Part shown: piece after piece, positions 15,859 to 25,883 of the stretch
Layout of the letters: each line of letters opens with the position of its first letter
Numbering within the stretch: position 1 is the first letter of the stretch
Assembly: GCA_021325275.1 (NCBI GenBank)
Contig: JAJPHL010000075.1
Coordinates: 16,310-80,309, forward strand
DNA from: Terriglobia bacterium
Lineage (GTDB): Bacteria > Acidobacteriota > Terriglobia > JAJPHL01
Reading direction: 5' to 3'
Length of the DNA stretch: 64,000 bases
Made by a program: the position numbers and the translations under genes
The notes under the pieces: generated by a model
Databases searched by the model: none
Told to the model about the DNA's origin: nothing
What the model saw: only the letters and a program-made list of their open reading frames with translations

Positions 15859-16995
15859 ATGCTCTACTGGCTGTTGTACCGACAACTCTATACGTTCTTC
15901 TCGCCGTTCCGGCTCTTCCGGTTCTTGACGTTCCGCATCTCGTTCGCCAGCCTCTCGGCCTTGGCGATTTCGCTGGTGCTGGGGCCGTGGCTGATCCGGC
16001 GTTTGCGCGAATTTCAAATCGGCCAGTACGTTCGCGAAGAGGGTCCTAAGGCGCATCAATCGAAATCCGGAACGCCGACAATGGGCGGCGTGCTGATTCT
16101 CGTATCGTTCCTTTTCCCGACGCTCTTGTGGGCCGATCTCTCCAACCTTTATGTGTGGCTGTGCATCTTCTCCACGCTCAGCTTCGGCGCGATCGGTTTC
16201 TTCGACGACTTCCAGAAGATTCGTAACCGCCGCAACCTGGGCCTGACGGCGCGCACGAAATTCGGATGGCAGATTGTGGTGAGTCTGGTGGTCGGGGTGT
16301 GTCTGTTATTGATGACGGCGCGCGGAATGTACTCGACGCAGTTGATGGTGCCGTTCTTCAAAAACGTTCGCCCCGACTTGCTGATGCACGGCCTGATGAC
16401 GAATCCCTACACGTGGCCGCTGGCGTTCCTGTTTTTCTTCCTCTTCGTGATTCTGGTGCTCGTAGGCACGTCGAACGCCGTGAACCTTACCGACGGTCTC
16501 GACGGACTCGCCGCGGGACTCACGGTGATCGCGGCGGGCGCGTTGACGGTGCTTACCTACGTCACGGGACACGTCCTGCTGGCGCGTTATCTTGAGATCG
16601 GACATTTGCGCGACGTCGGCGAAGTCGCGGTGTTCTGCGGCGCGATCGTCGGGGCGAGCCTCGGTTTCCTTTGGTACAACGCGCATCCCGCGGAGATTTT
16701 CATGGGCGACGTGGGATCGCTCGCGCTGGGAGGCGCGATCGGTACGGTGGCCGTGATCATCAAGCAGGAACTGCTGCTGCCGTTTATCGGCGGCGTCTTC
16801 ATGCTCGAGGCGCTCTCGGTGATTCTGCAAGTCGGCTCGTACAAACTGCGCAACGGCAAGCGAATTTTCCGCATGGCTCCGCTTCATCATCATTTCGAGT
16901 TGATGGGCTGGAAGGAATCGAAGGTCATCATCCGTTTTTGGCTCATCGGATTGCTGATGGCGCTCTTCGCGTTGACGACTCTCAAGCTGCGCTAA
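15859..16995 (+). CDS. mraY: Phospho-MurNAc-pentapeptide translocase MraY
   Basis: 378 aa. Polytopic membrane protein with [28 protein letters not shown] and PLHHHFE motifs. The ATG directly follows the murF stop. Confidence 0.96.
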   Translation: MLYWLLYRQLYTFFSPFRLFRFLTFRISFASLSALAISLVLGPWLIRRLREFQIGQYVREEGPKAHQSKSGTPTMGGVLILVSFLFPTLLWADLSNLYVWLCIFSTLSFGAIGFFDDFQKIRNRRNLGLTARTKFGWQIVVSLVVGVCLLLMTARGMYSTQLMVPFFKNVRPDLLMHGLMTNPYTWPLAFLFFFLFVILVLVGTSNAVNLTDGLDGLAAGLTVIAAGALTVLTYVTGHVLLARYLEIGHLRDVGEVAVFCGAIVGASLGFLWYNAHPAEIFMGDVGSLALGGAIGTVAVIIKQELLLPFIGGVFMLEALSVILQVGSYKLRNGKRIFRMAPLHHHFELMGWKESKVIIRFWLIGLLMALFALTTLKLR

Positions 16996-17002
16996 AACTC
17001 TT

Positions 17003-18352
17003 ATGCATCTGGAAAGCAAACGAACGCTAGTAGTGGGCGCGGCGAAGAGCGGCATCGCCGCGGCGAAATTCCTGCGGTCGCGCGGCGCGTGGGTGACCAT
17101 CACCGATCGCCGGCGCGTGGACGAATTGACGGAGGCCGCGGCGCTGGGAATCGCGCTCGAAGCCGGCGGGCATCGCGCCGAAACTTTTCTTGAGCAAGAC
17201 GTGATCGTCGTCAGCCCGGGCGTGCCGTGGTCGATGCCGGAATTGGTGGCCGCGCGCGAGAAGGGCATCAACGTGATCGGTGAAGCGGAACTCGCTTCGC
17301 GATTCCTACAGGGAAAAATCGTCGGCATCACCGGATCGAATGGCAAGACGACCACGACAGCGCTCACCGGCGCCGTGCTGAAAGCTGCGGGCTTTCGCGT
17401 GCAAGTCGGCGGAAATATCGGCACGCCGCTCGTTTCGCTGGTGGAAACGTCGACGCCCGAGACGATCAACGTGGTCGAGTTATCCAGTTTTCAGCTTGAA
17501 AGCATTCGCGAATTGCATCCCAACGTGGCGGTGGTGCTCAACGTAACGCCCGATCATCTCGATCGCCACGGCGACTTCGCGGCCTACACGGCGGCGAAGG
17601 CGCGCATCTTTGAAAATCAAACGCCCGAGGACATCGTGGTGTTGAACGCCGAAGACGCCGCGTGCCGCGCGTATGCCCACGCCGCGCCGTCGCGCGTGAT
17701 GATGTTCAGCCGCCTGCACGAAGTGGCCGCCGGCGCGTTCCTGCAAGACGCCGACATCGTTTTTTGCCCGGGCGAATACTCCTACACGGTGATGGAAGCC
17801 GAGGAGATCAAGCTGAAAGGCGCGCACAACGTGGAAAACGTTTTGGCGTCGGTGTGCGCGGCGCTCTGCCTCGGCGCGGAGGCGACGCGCGTGCGCCAAG
17901 GCGTTCGCGACTTCAAAGCCGTGGAGCATCGTCTGGAGTTTGTCATCAAGCTCGGCGAAGTGGAGTTCTACAACGACTCCAAGGCCACCAACGTCGACGC
18001 AGCGATCAAGGCACTGGAAGCATTCGATCCGCCCGGCAAACTGCTGGTGATCCTTGGCGGCAAAGATAAGGACAGCGACTACACGCCGCTGAAGCAACTG
18101 TTGAAACAGCGCGCGCGCGCCGTGTTCTTGATCGGTGCGGCAATCGAAAAAATCGCTGAACACCTAGGCGACGTCGTGCCGATCGTTCGCTCGGGCACTC
18201 TCGACATTGCCGTGCGCGACGCCGTGCGCCGATCGAGGCCGGGCGACACCGTGCTGCTGGCGCCGGCGTGCGCGAGTTTCGATCAATTTGAGAACTTTGA
18301 ACACCGGGGCCGGGTGTTCAAACAGATCGTTCGATCTTTGGGAACGGTATGA
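17003..18352 (+). CDS. murD: UDP-MurNAc-L-Ala:D-Glu ligase MurD
   Basis: 449 aa. [11 protein letters not shown] and C-terminal Mur ligase domain motifs. Confidence 0.95.
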   Translation: MHLESKRTLVVGAAKSGIAAAKFLRSRGAWVTITDRRRVDELTEAAALGIALEAGGHRAETFLEQDVIVVSPGVPWSMPELVAAREKGINVIGEAELASRFLQGKIVGITGSNGKTTTTALTGAVLKAAGFRVQVGGNIGTPLVSLVETSTPETINVVELSSFQLESIRELHPNVAVVLNVTPDHLDRHGDFAAYTAAKARIFENQTPEDIVVLNAEDAACRAYAHAAPSRVMMFSRLHEVAAGAFLQDADIVFCPGEYSYTVMEAEEIKLKGAHNVENVLASVCAALCLGAEATRVRQGVRDFKAVEHRLEFVIKLGEVEFYNDSKATNVDAAIKALEAFDPPGKLLVILGGKDKDSDYTPLKQLLKQRARAVFLIGAAIEKIAEHLGDVVPIVRSGTLDIAVRDAVRRSRPGDTVLLAPACASFDQFENFEHRGRVFKQIVRSLGTV

Positions 18353-18365
18353 AACACAAAGACAC

Positions 18366-18776
18366 ATGAAAATGAACCACAAAGACACAAAGGACACAAA
18401 GAAAACCTCGGATGAGTTGTCGTACCAAATCATTGGCGCGGCGATTGAGGTTCACAAAGCTCTTGGGCCGGGGTTGCTTGAGTCTGCCTACGAGTTGTGC
18501 CTGTGTCGAGAACTATCGTTGCGCAATATTCCGTTCGCGCGCCAAGTGCCCGTGCCGCTGGAATACAAGGGCGTTCGTTTAGAGTGCGGCTACCAGATGG
18601 ACTTACTGGTCGACGGCTTGGTGATCGTGGAGTTGAAAGCCGTCGACGAGATCGCACCAATTCACCGTGCACAAATTCTCTCGTATCTTAGGTTGACCGG
18701 TCTGTGGCTCGGCCTGCTGATCAATTTTCACGTGCCCGTACTCACGGACGGAGGAATCGAGCGATTGGTGAATTGA
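18366..18776 (+). CDS. GxxExxY-family protein (PD-(D/E)XK nuclease-like fold)
   Basis: Start at ATG 18366 ([43 protein letters not shown]...). Name motif G-LL-E-SA-Y is present. Nuclease-like D...E-x-K in [15 protein letters not shown]. 136 aa. The upstream part of the track ORF overlaps murD and was rejected. Confidence 0.85.
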   Translation: MKMNHKDTKDTKKTSDELSYQIIGAAIEVHKALGPGLLESAYELCLCRELSLRNIPFARQVPVPLEYKGVRLECGYQMDLLVDGLVIVELKAVDEIAPIHRAQILSYLRLTGLWLGLLINFHVPVLTDGGIERLVN

Positions 18777-18814
18777 TTTGGTTTTCTTTGTGTTCTTTGT
18801 GTCTTTGTGGTTCA
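18373..18814 (+). mobile_element. Hairpin-bracketed cassette: 35-bp inverted repeats (ACACAAAG units) enclosing the GxxExxY nuclease gene, inserted between murD and ftsW
   Basis: tgaaccacaaagacacaaaggacacaaagaaaacc (18373-18407) versus the reverse complement of 18780-18814 (tgaaccacaaagacacaaagaacacaaagaaaacc): 34/35 identical. The left arm lies inside the 5' end of the ORF (it encodes [11 protein letters not shown]). The right arm starts 4 nt after the stop. Confidence 0.55.
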
Positions 18815-18830
18815 AAAGCGTTTAGAAACC

Positions 18831-19925
18831 ATGGCGAAACGTCTCCAATCCGACCGGATCTTGCTCAGCACGACGCTCGCTCTCGTGGTCTTTGGATTGG
18901 TCATGGTGTTCTCCGCGTCCGCCGTGCTCTCCGGGAATCAGCATGGCACGCCTTATTACTATTTCCTCCGGCAACTGGCGTGGGCCGTCGTGGGACTCCT
19001 CGGGCTGCTGCTGGCCATGAACGTCGATTACCGCAAGTATCGCAATCCCGCGCTCGTGTTTCCCGCCGTTTCCGTCACGCTGCTGCTTCTGTTCGCCGCG
19101 CTCTTTCTCGACGCTTCGCACAAAACACATCGGTGGATTCGCTGGGGACCGCTGTCGTTTCAGCCGTCGGAGATGGCCAAAGTGGTGCTGATCATTTTTC
19201 TCGCCTGGTATCTGGAGACGCGCCAGAAAGCCGGAACGCTCAATGAACGACGTTCGCTTGCGCCCGTCGCTTTGGTGATCGGCATCACCGCGGGACTCGT
19301 GCTCTGCGGGAAGGATCTGGGCACCGCGCTCATGATCGTGCTGATCGCCGTGGCGATGCTGTTGGTCGCGGGCCTCGACTTGCGCTATCTCGCCGCGGCG
19401 GCGTTTGCGGGCGTAATCGCGGCCATCGTCGCGGTGCTGTTCACCGCGTATCGCATGGATCGCATCCGCGTGTGGCTCGATCCCTTCAGCGACGCAAGCG
19501 GCAAAGGATTTCAAACCGTGCAGTCCTTTATCGCCGTCGGCACCGGCGGTCTGTTCGGTTCGGGTTTGATGCAAGGGCGGCAAAAGCTTTTCTTTCTGCC
19601 CGAGCCGCACACCGATTTCATCTTCGCCGTGGTGGCCGAAGAACTGGGACTCTTCGGCGCGACGCTGGTGATCGCCGCGTTCGGCGTTTTGTTCTGGCGT
19701 GGACTGATCGCCGCGCGCCGCGCGCCCGATTTGTTCGGACGCCTGCTCGCCGTCGGCGTCACCGTGATGATCGTCTTTCAGGCGCTCGTGAATTTGAGTG
19801 TGGTCACCGGCTTGATTCCCTCGAAAGGCATTCCGCTGCCGTTCATTTCCTACGGAGGCACTTCGCTGCTGTTCAATTTGATCGCCATGGGCATTCTGTT
19901 GAACGTCACGCAGCATTCGAACTAA
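18831..19925 (+). CDS. ftsW: SEDS-family peptidoglycan polymerase FtsW
   Basis: I prefer ATG 18831 (MAKRLQSDRILL...). The track's GTG 18807 lies inside the right inverted repeat. Polytopic membrane protein with SEDS motifs (PSEMAKV, LPEPHTDFIFAV, IPSKGIPLPFISYGGTS). Confidence 0.93.
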   Translation: MAKRLQSDRILLSTTLALVVFGLVMVFSASAVLSGNQHGTPYYYFLRQLAWAVVGLLGLLLAMNVDYRKYRNPALVFPAVSVTLLLLFAALFLDASHKTHRWIRWGPLSFQPSEMAKVVLIIFLAWYLETRQKAGTLNERRSLAPVALVIGITAGLVLCGKDLGTALMIVLIAVAMLLVAGLDLRYLAAAAFAGVIAAIVAVLFTAYRMDRIRVWLDPFSDASGKGFQTVQSFIAVGTGGLFGSGLMQGRQKLFFLPEPHTDFIFAVVAEELGLFGATLVIAAFGVLFWRGLIAARRAPDLFGRLLAVGVTVMIVFQALVNLSVVTGLIPSKGIPLPFISYGGTSLLFNLIAMGILLNVTQHSN

Positions 19926-20990
19926 ATGCGCCGAACTGACATGCGCGTCTTGATCGCCGCCGGCGGAACAGGTGGACACGTGATTCCCGCGCTTCACGTG
20001 GCCGCGGAGCTGCGCGCGCGCGGCGTAGACGTGTTGTTCGCCGGAACGTCGCGCGGCCTCGAAGCTCGCCTCGTGCCCGAGCGTGGGTTCGCGCTCGAAA
20101 CCATCGAGATCGCGGGGTTGAATCGCGTAGGCGCGCCGCAAATGCTCGCCACTCTCGCGCAGTTGCCGCGGGCGTTAGCACGCTGTGCGTCGATCGTCAC
20201 ATCGTTTCGCCCCGACGTCGCCTACGGCGTGGGCGCGTACGTCTCGGGTCCTGTGCTGCTGATGGCCGCTATGAAATCGGTGCCGATCGTCGTGCATGAA
20301 GCGAATGCGGTGCCGGGATTCGCCAACCGATTGCTGGCACCGTTGGTTTCGCGCGCGCTGCTAACCGAGGGCACGGCCTCGCGATTTTTTCCGTCGACGC
20401 GGGTGGAGGTCACGGGACAGCCGGTGAATCGGGTGTTCTTTGAGATTCCGCCGGCTTCCAACGGCACGCCGCATACGCTGCTCGTTACCGGCGGCAGCCA
20501 AGGATCAAGGAGCATGAATCGCGCGACGGTCGAGGCGCTCGACCTGTTGCCCGCCGGCGAATTCCACTTGGTCCACCAGACGGGACCGCGCGAATTCGAT
20601 GCGGTGCGCCGAGAGTATGAAACGAAAGGGCGCACCGAGGCAGAGGTTTGCGCATTCATCGCCGACATGCCGGCGGCGATGGCGCGCGCGCAAATTGTCG
20701 TGTCGCGCGCCGGCGCGTCGACGCTCGCGGAACTGGCCGCGGCGGGGAAGGCCACCGTGCTCGTTCCGTTGCCCTACGCCAGCGACGATCACCAATTCCA
20801 CAACGCCGAAGCGCGCCGAAAATCCGGCGCCGCGCGGCTGATTCGCGACCAGGATTTGACAGGCGCCTCGCTGGCCGCGGAAATTCGTGCCGCGCTCGCC
20901 GAACGGATTTCGCTGGAACAAAACATACGGCGCTTTGCCGTGCCCGATGCCGTCGAAAGAATCGCCGACGCGATCGAGGAGGCCGCGTAA
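19926..20990 (+). CDS. murG: Lipid II synthase MurG (UDP-GlcNAc transferase)
   Basis: 354 aa. GGTGGHV motif and C-terminal GT28 motifs (GGSQGS, SRAGASTLAEL). An alternative start is ATG 19941. Confidence 0.95.
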   Translation: MRRTDMRVLIAAGGTGGHVIPALHVAAELRARGVDVLFAGTSRGLEARLVPERGFALETIEIAGLNRVGAPQMLATLAQLPRALARCASIVTSFRPDVAYGVGAYVSGPVLLMAAMKSVPIVVHEANAVPGFANRLLAPLVSRALLTEGTASRFFPSTRVEVTGQPVNRVFFEIPPASNGTPHTLLVTGGSQGSRSMNRATVEALDLLPAGEFHLVHQTGPREFDAVRREYETKGRTEAEVCAFIADMPAAMARAQIVVSRAGASTLAELAAAGKATVLVPLPYASDDHQFHNAEARRKSGAARLIRDQDLTGASLAAEIRAALAERISLEQNIRRFAVPDAVERIADAIEEAA

Positions 20991-20992
20991 GC

Positions 20993-22390
20993 ATGTTCTT
21001 TCGCGAAAAGCATTTTCATTTCGTCGGCATCGGCGGCATCGGCATGAGCGGCATCGCCGAGCTTTTACTTTCTCTCGGGTATCGCGTCAGCGGATCGGAT
21101 CTAAAACGCTCGGCCGTTACCGAGCGGCTTGCTTCTCTCGGCGCAACGATCTTTGAAGGACACCGCGCGGAAAACGTGGAAGGCGCAGCCGCGATCGTCG
21201 CGAGTTCCGCGGTGCAATCGAGCAATCCTGAAATCGCGGAAGCGCGCCGTCGAGGCATCCCGGTGATTCCGCGCGGCGAAATGCTTGCCGAACTGATGCG
21301 CTTGAAGTACGGCGTGGCCGTCGCGGGATCGCACGGGAAAACCACCACGACTTCGATGATCGCGGCCGTGACGGCGCACTCGGGACTCGATCCCACCATC
21401 GTGGTCGGTGGACGCGTCGACTCCATCGGATCGAATGCGCGCCTCGGCGGCGGCGACTTCATGGTGGTGGAAGCGGACGAAAGCGACGGATCGTTCCTGA
21501 AACTCGCGCCCATCGTCGCCGTGATCACCAACATCGATCGCGAGCACATGGACCACTATCGCGATCTCGACGAAGTGCGGCGATCGTTTACATATTTCGC
21601 AAACCGCGTGCCGTTCTACGGCGCGACTGTGGTTTGCGCCGACGATCCCGGCGTTCAGGCGATTCTGCCGTCGATCACGCGGCGCGTGATTCGCTATGGC
21701 ACGGGCTCGGGCTGCGATCTTACGGCCTCCGAAATCGCGCCGCAGGCTTTCGGTATTCGTTTTCGCCTGGCGAGCGAAACAAAAGACCTCGGCGAATTCA
21801 CGCTGCCGGTTCCGGGACGCCACAATGTGCTGAACGCCATGGCCGCGGTCGCGGTGGGCCTGGAGTTGGGAGCGCCGCTGGAGAAGATTCGCGAGGCGCT
21901 GGCGCGATACGGCGGCGTTGATCGTCGATTTCAAGTACGCGGACGGGCGCGCGGCGTCACGATCGTCGACGATTACGGCCATCATCCCACGGAAGTCGCG
22001 GCCACACTGAGCGCCGCGCGCCAACTCGTACGCACGGCGGGACGCGGGCGTGTGCTGGTGGCATTTCAGCCGCATCGCTACACGCGCACTCACTTGTTGA
22101 TGGACGAATTCGCGCGCGCCTTTCCCGACGCGGATCATTTGTGGATCGCCGACATTTATCCGGCGGGCGAAGCGCCGATCACGGGCGTGGACGCGCCCGC
22201 GCTGGTGGCGGCGATTCGGCCACACTCGCCGAACGCCGAGTACGCGCCCAGCTTCGACGCCCTGGTCGAGGCCATCGCCGCCCAGGCCCAGGACGGCGAT
22301 TTTGTGATTGCATTAGGGGCTGGTAACATAAATCAAATCTGTGAGAAAATGTTTTCGCGCCTGAGTGACACAGCAGTACACAGGGAGTAA
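20993..22390 (+). CDS. murC: UDP-MurNAc:L-Ala ligase MurC
   Basis: Start at ATG 20993 (MFFREKHFHFVGIGGIGMSGIAELL), 2 nt after the murG stop. GSHGKTTTT P-loop. The 580-aa track ORF start overlaps murG and was rejected. Confidence 0.95.
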   Translation: MFFREKHFHFVGIGGIGMSGIAELLLSLGYRVSGSDLKRSAVTERLASLGATIFEGHRAENVEGAAAIVASSAVQSSNPEIAEARRRGIPVIPRGEMLAELMRLKYGVAVAGSHGKTTTTSMIAAVTAHSGLDPTIVVGGRVDSIGSNARLGGGDFMVVEADESDGSFLKLAPIVAVITNIDREHMDHYRDLDEVRRSFTYFANRVPFYGATVVCADDPGVQAILPSITRRVIRYGTGSGCDLTASEIAPQAFGIRFRLASETKDLGEFTLPVPGRHNVLNAMAAVAVGLELGAPLEKIREALARYGGVDRRFQVRGRARGVTIVDDYGHHPTEVAATLSAARQLVRTAGRGRVLVAFQPHRYTRTHLLMDEFARAFPDADHLWIADIYPAGEAPITGVDAPALVAAIRPHSPNAEYAPSFDALVEAIAAQAQDGDFVIALGAGNINQICEKMFSRLSDTAVHRE

Positions 22391-22399
22391 CGGGCGGAC

Positions 22400-23266
22400 A
22401 TGGCGAACTTGCCGGAAGACGATCGTCTGGAAACGGGGATGGATCTGGGCCCGGAAGAGGAGCCGCAGTATCTTCGCCGCCAGAAACGCGTGGAGGTGCG
22501 CAAGCGCATCGACTCGCGGAAGATCGCGCGCGTGAAAACGCCGCTGCTTTCGCTCGCCGCGATTCTGGTGTTGAGCGGCGTGGCGTGGGGCGTATCGCGT
22601 TTCGCGCTCTCGGGCGAAGCGTTCACGCTGCGTCCCGAGAGTCTGGAGATTCAAGGCGCGCACTACGTGGCACGCGGGCAAGTGGCGGAGCGATTTTCCG
22701 GCGACATCGGTCACAGCGTTTTTCGCATTCCCCTGGAGGAACGCCGCGCCGTGATCGAGCAGATTCCCTGGGTGGAGCGCGCGGATCTCGCGCGATTGTG
22801 GCCGGATCGCATTCGCGTGATGTTGCATGAGCGCGCGCCGGTGGCTTTTGCTCAGGGCTCGGCGGGAATGCAGTTGGTCGATTCGAGCGGGCAATTCCTC
22901 GAGCGTCCGGTGCAGGCGTCGTTCAGTTTTCCTGTCGTGTTGGGTGTGAACGATCAAGATCCGCCGGGACAACGGCGCTCGCGAATGGCGTTGTTCAACG
23001 CCGTCGTGGCGGACCTTGACCGGGAAGGCACGCGCTACAGCCTGGATATTTCCGAAGTCGACGTGAGCGATCCGGAAGACGCGCAGGTCACCGTGGTTGA
23101 CACGGCGATCGTGCTCCACCTGGGATCGGGCGACTTCTTGAAGCGCTACAAGACGTATCTCGCGCACATCCAGGAGTGGCAGCGCGACTTTCCCAAGATT
23201 GCGTCGGTCGATTTGCGTTACGACAACCAAGTGGTTGTGCATCCGGTGAAGGAAGGCAAGAAGTAA
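22400..23266 (+). CDS. ftsQ: Cell division protein FtsQ (TM plus POTRA)
   Basis: 288 aa. Charged N-terminus, one TM (LLSLAAILVLSGVAWGV), POTRA-like segment. Canonical position before ftsA. Confidence 0.88.
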   Translation: MANLPEDDRLETGMDLGPEEEPQYLRRQKRVEVRKRIDSRKIARVKTPLLSLAAILVLSGVAWGVSRFALSGEAFTLRPESLEIQGAHYVARGQVAERFSGDIGHSVFRIPLEERRAVIEQIPWVERADLARLWPDRIRVMLHERAPVAFAQGSAGMQLVDSSGQFLERPVQASFSFPVVLGVNDQDPPGQRRSRMALFNAVVADLDREGTRYSLDISEVDVSDPEDAQVTVVDTAIVLHLGSGDFLKRYKTYLAHIQEWQRDFPKIASVDLRYDNQVVVHPVKEGKK

Positions 23267-23287
23267 GGCCCCGAACTAGGCAGAGAC

Positions 23288-24502
23288 TTGAAGAAAAAAC
23301 CGATTGTCGCAGTCGACGCGGGAAGTTTCGGAATCCGCGTCTTGGTGGCGGAGGAAAACGAAGAAGGGAAGTTGCGCTTTTGCGCGCTGGGCGAAGCGCA
23401 ATCGAAGGGCTGGAAGAAAGGCGGCATCATCAACCTCGACGCAGCGGAGGACTCGCTGCGCAAGGCGGTGGAAGCGGCCGAGCACAACTACGGCGGACCG
23501 ATCGAACGCGTGGTGATGGGCTTGGGCGCGTCGCAAGTGCGCGGCGTGAATGCCCACGGCGGCATCAACATTTCGTCGCGCCATCGCGAGATTCAACGGG
23601 AAGACGCGCGACGCGCGGTGGAAGAAGCGCGCCGCGTGAATCTGCCGCCGGACTTCGAGATTCTGCACGTGGTCCCGCAGGAGTACACGCTCGATTCCTA
23701 CGAGGGAATCCGCGATCCGGTGGGAATGATGGGCGGACGGTTGGAAGTGAGCGTTCACGTGATCGCGGCGGGCGTGGCCGCGCGCATGAACGTGATCGCC
23801 GCGGCCAATCACGCCGGTTTGATCGTGGAAGAAACGGTGTTCGAAGGATTGGCGGCGGCCGAAGCGGCGTTGCGCGGCGACGAGCGCGAGCTGGGCGTGG
23901 TGCTGGCCGACATCGGCGCGGGATCGACCGAAGTGGCGGCCTATCATCGGGGAGCCTTGCAGCATACGTTCACCGTGACGGTGGGCGGCGACCACTTCAC
24001 GAACGATATCGCGGTGGGTTTGCGGGCTCCTGTGCCCGAAGCCGAACGCATCAAGTGCAACTTCGGCGTGGCGCTCCGCGAATTGGCCGGAGCTACGGTG
24101 CTGATCGAAGTGCCGCGCGTCGGCGACCGCACGTCGCGCTTGGTGCCGCAGGTGGAGTTGGCGGAGATTTTGCAGCCGCGCGCGCAGGAACTGATCGAGC
24201 TGATCCACGCGGAGTTGCACCGCGCGGGGCTCGATCGCCATTCGATCGCGGGCATGGTTTTTACGGGCGGTGGCGCGCGGCTGGAAGGCTTGTGCGATCT
24301 CGCGGAGCAGACGCTCGACGTGACGGCGCGCATTGGACTGGCGCCGGACCTTGAGGGCGCGCCCGAGAATTTTTGTCAGGCGTCGAATACGACGCTCGTG
24401 GGATTGCTGCACTACGCGCAGCGTCTGCGCCAGGCGCGCGCGGGGAAAGACGAGCATTGGCTCGACAAATTGAAGCGGTACGTGGTGGGCGGATGGAATT
24501 GA
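23288..24502 (+). CDS. ftsA: Cell division protein FtsA (actin-like ATPase)
   Basis: 404 aa, TTG start. VAVDAGS phosphate-1, DIGAGSTEV phosphate-2, [10 protein letters not shown] adenosine motif. Confidence 0.94.
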   Translation: MKKKPIVAVDAGSFGIRVLVAEENEEGKLRFCALGEAQSKGWKKGGIINLDAAEDSLRKAVEAAEHNYGGPIERVVMGLGASQVRGVNAHGGINISSRHREIQREDARRAVEEARRVNLPPDFEILHVVPQEYTLDSYEGIRDPVGMMGGRLEVSVHVIAAGVAARMNVIAAANHAGLIVEETVFEGLAAAEAALRGDERELGVVLADIGAGSTEVAAYHRGALQHTFTVTVGGDHFTNDIAVGLRAPVPEAERIKCNFGVALRELAGATVLIEVPRVGDRTSRLVPQVELAEILQPRAQELIELIHAELHRAGLDRHSIAGMVFTGGGARLEGLCDLAEQTLDVTARIGLAPDLEGAPENFCQASNTTLVGLLHYAQRLRQARAGKDEHWLDKLKRYVVGGWN

Positions 24503-24533
24503 ACGCTTGGAAACTCACACAGGAGACACCAAC

Positions 24534-25883
24534 ATGAGCGAAACCTCAGATAGCCCGATCAAATTCAGTTTTTCCGACGAACCCTTGCGCGGCGCGCGCA
24601 TCAAGGTGATCGGCGTGGGCGGCGGCGGTCTCAACGCGGTGAACCGCATGATCTCCGCGAAGATGGAAGGCGTGGAGTTTCTCGTCGCCAACACCGACGC
24701 GCAGGCGCTCGGAACGTCGGCCGCTCCCGTGAAAATCCAAATCGGCGCGAAACTCACCAAGGGTCTTGGCGCGGGCGCGAATCCCGAAGTCGGGCGCGAG
24801 GCGGCGGTGGAAGACACCGAAAAGTTGTGCGAAAAACTGGAAGGCGCCGACATGGTTTTTGTCACCGCGGGACTCGGCGGCGGCACGGGCACGGGCGCGG
24901 CGCCGGTGGTCGCGTCGTTGGCCAGCCAGTTGGGCGCGCTGGTCGTCGCCGTGGTGACGAAGCCGTTCCCCTTCGAGGGAAAGCGCCGAATGGCGCAAGC
25001 AGAGAAAGGCTTGGCGGAACTCGCCGAAAGCGTCGACACGCTGCTCACGATCCCGAATCAGCGCTTGCTCATTCTCGACAAAAGCACCAGTTTCTTCCAG
25101 GCGTTTCAAGTGGCCGACGACGTATTGCGTCAAGCGGTGCAGGGAATTTCCGACATCATCACGATTCCCGGCATCATCAATCGCGATTTCGCCGACGTGA
25201 AGACGGTGATGAAGGGTATGGGTTACGCGCTAATGGGCACGGCCGTCGCGACGGGACCCGATCGCGCGATGGAAGCGGCACGCCAGGCGATTAACTCGCC
25301 GCTACTCGAAGACACCAGCATCAACGGCGCGCGCGGCATCCTTATTAACATCACCGGATCGAGCAGCCTGCGCCTGCACGAAGTCCACGAAGCGTCGACG
25401 ATCATTCAGGAAGCGGCGCACGAAGACGCCAACATTATTTTTGGCGCGGTGCTCGACGAACAAATGGGCGACGCCATGAAGATCACGGTGATCGCCACCG
25501 GTTTTCGCTCGCCGGTGCGCGCGATGAACCCGGATTCCGGCCCAAAGATCGTGCGAAACTCTCCGAATCCCGCGCCCGCGCCGCTCGCTCCGCAAATCGA
25601 AACGATGGAAGCGCCTCCGTTGATCATGGCGGAGCCTGACGCGCCCGCCGCGGATGCGGCGCCTGAAGTGATTGTGGAGACCGCGCCGGAACCTGCGCCG
25701 TTCGAGCCGCCGCCGGTTTATGAAGCGCCCGCTCCTGCAGCCGCGCTCGCGCCGGTGCAGACATCGATTCCGTATGCCGACAATTTGTCGGTCGCGGAAA
25801 TCGCGCAGAGCTATGTGCCGCAAATGCAAGGCGCGCAGGAAGACCTGGACGTTCCGGCGTTCATGCGCCGGAGGCTGCAATGA
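24534..25883 (+). CDS. ftsZ: Cell division GTPase FtsZ
   Basis: Start at ATG 24534, preceded by AGGAGA (24521-24526). Tubulin signature [13 protein letters not shown]-rich linker and C-terminal peptide [13 protein letters not shown]. Confidence 0.97.
   Translation: MSETSDSPIKFSFSDEPLRGARIKVIGVGGGGLNAVNRMISAKMEGVEFLVANTDAQALGTSAAPVKIQIGAKLTKGLGAGANPEVGREAAVEDTEKLCEKLEGADMVFVTAGLGGGTGTGAAPVVASLASQLGALVVAVVTKPFPFEGKRRMAQAEKGLAELAESVDTLLTIPNQRLLILDKSTSFFQAFQVADDVLRQAVQGISDIITIPGIINRDFADVKTVMKGMGYALMGTAVATGPDRAMEAARQAINSPLLEDTSINGARGILINITGSSSLRLHEVHEASTIIQEAAHEDANIIFGAVLDEQMGDAMKITVIATGFRSPVRAMNPDSGPKIVRNSPNPAPAPLAPQIETMEAPPLIMAEPDAPAADAAPEVIVETAPEPAPFEPPPVYEAPAPAAALAPVQTSIPYADNLSVAEIAQSYVPQMQGAQEDLDVPAFMRRRLQ

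Noticed and set aside
18340-18815. CRISPR-like interpretation of the ACACAAAG/ACACAGAG tandem units (also at 27882-27972).
   Set aside because: The units are 8-9 nt, directly adjacent without spacers, and organised as inverted arms. No cas genes are present. They are palindromic repeat elements, not CRISPR arrays.
20648-20992. The 580-aa version of murC starting at 20648, and similar long-start versions of ftsL (10318), the ypdA-like gene (5265), nuoI (6173), the VWA protein (35501), LacI (44297), DUF4412 (62199) and MmcQ (54939).
   Set aside because: The extensions overlap the preceding gene or consist of Arg-rich junk. Internal ATG/TTG starts give canonical N-termini or signal peptides, usually with an SD.
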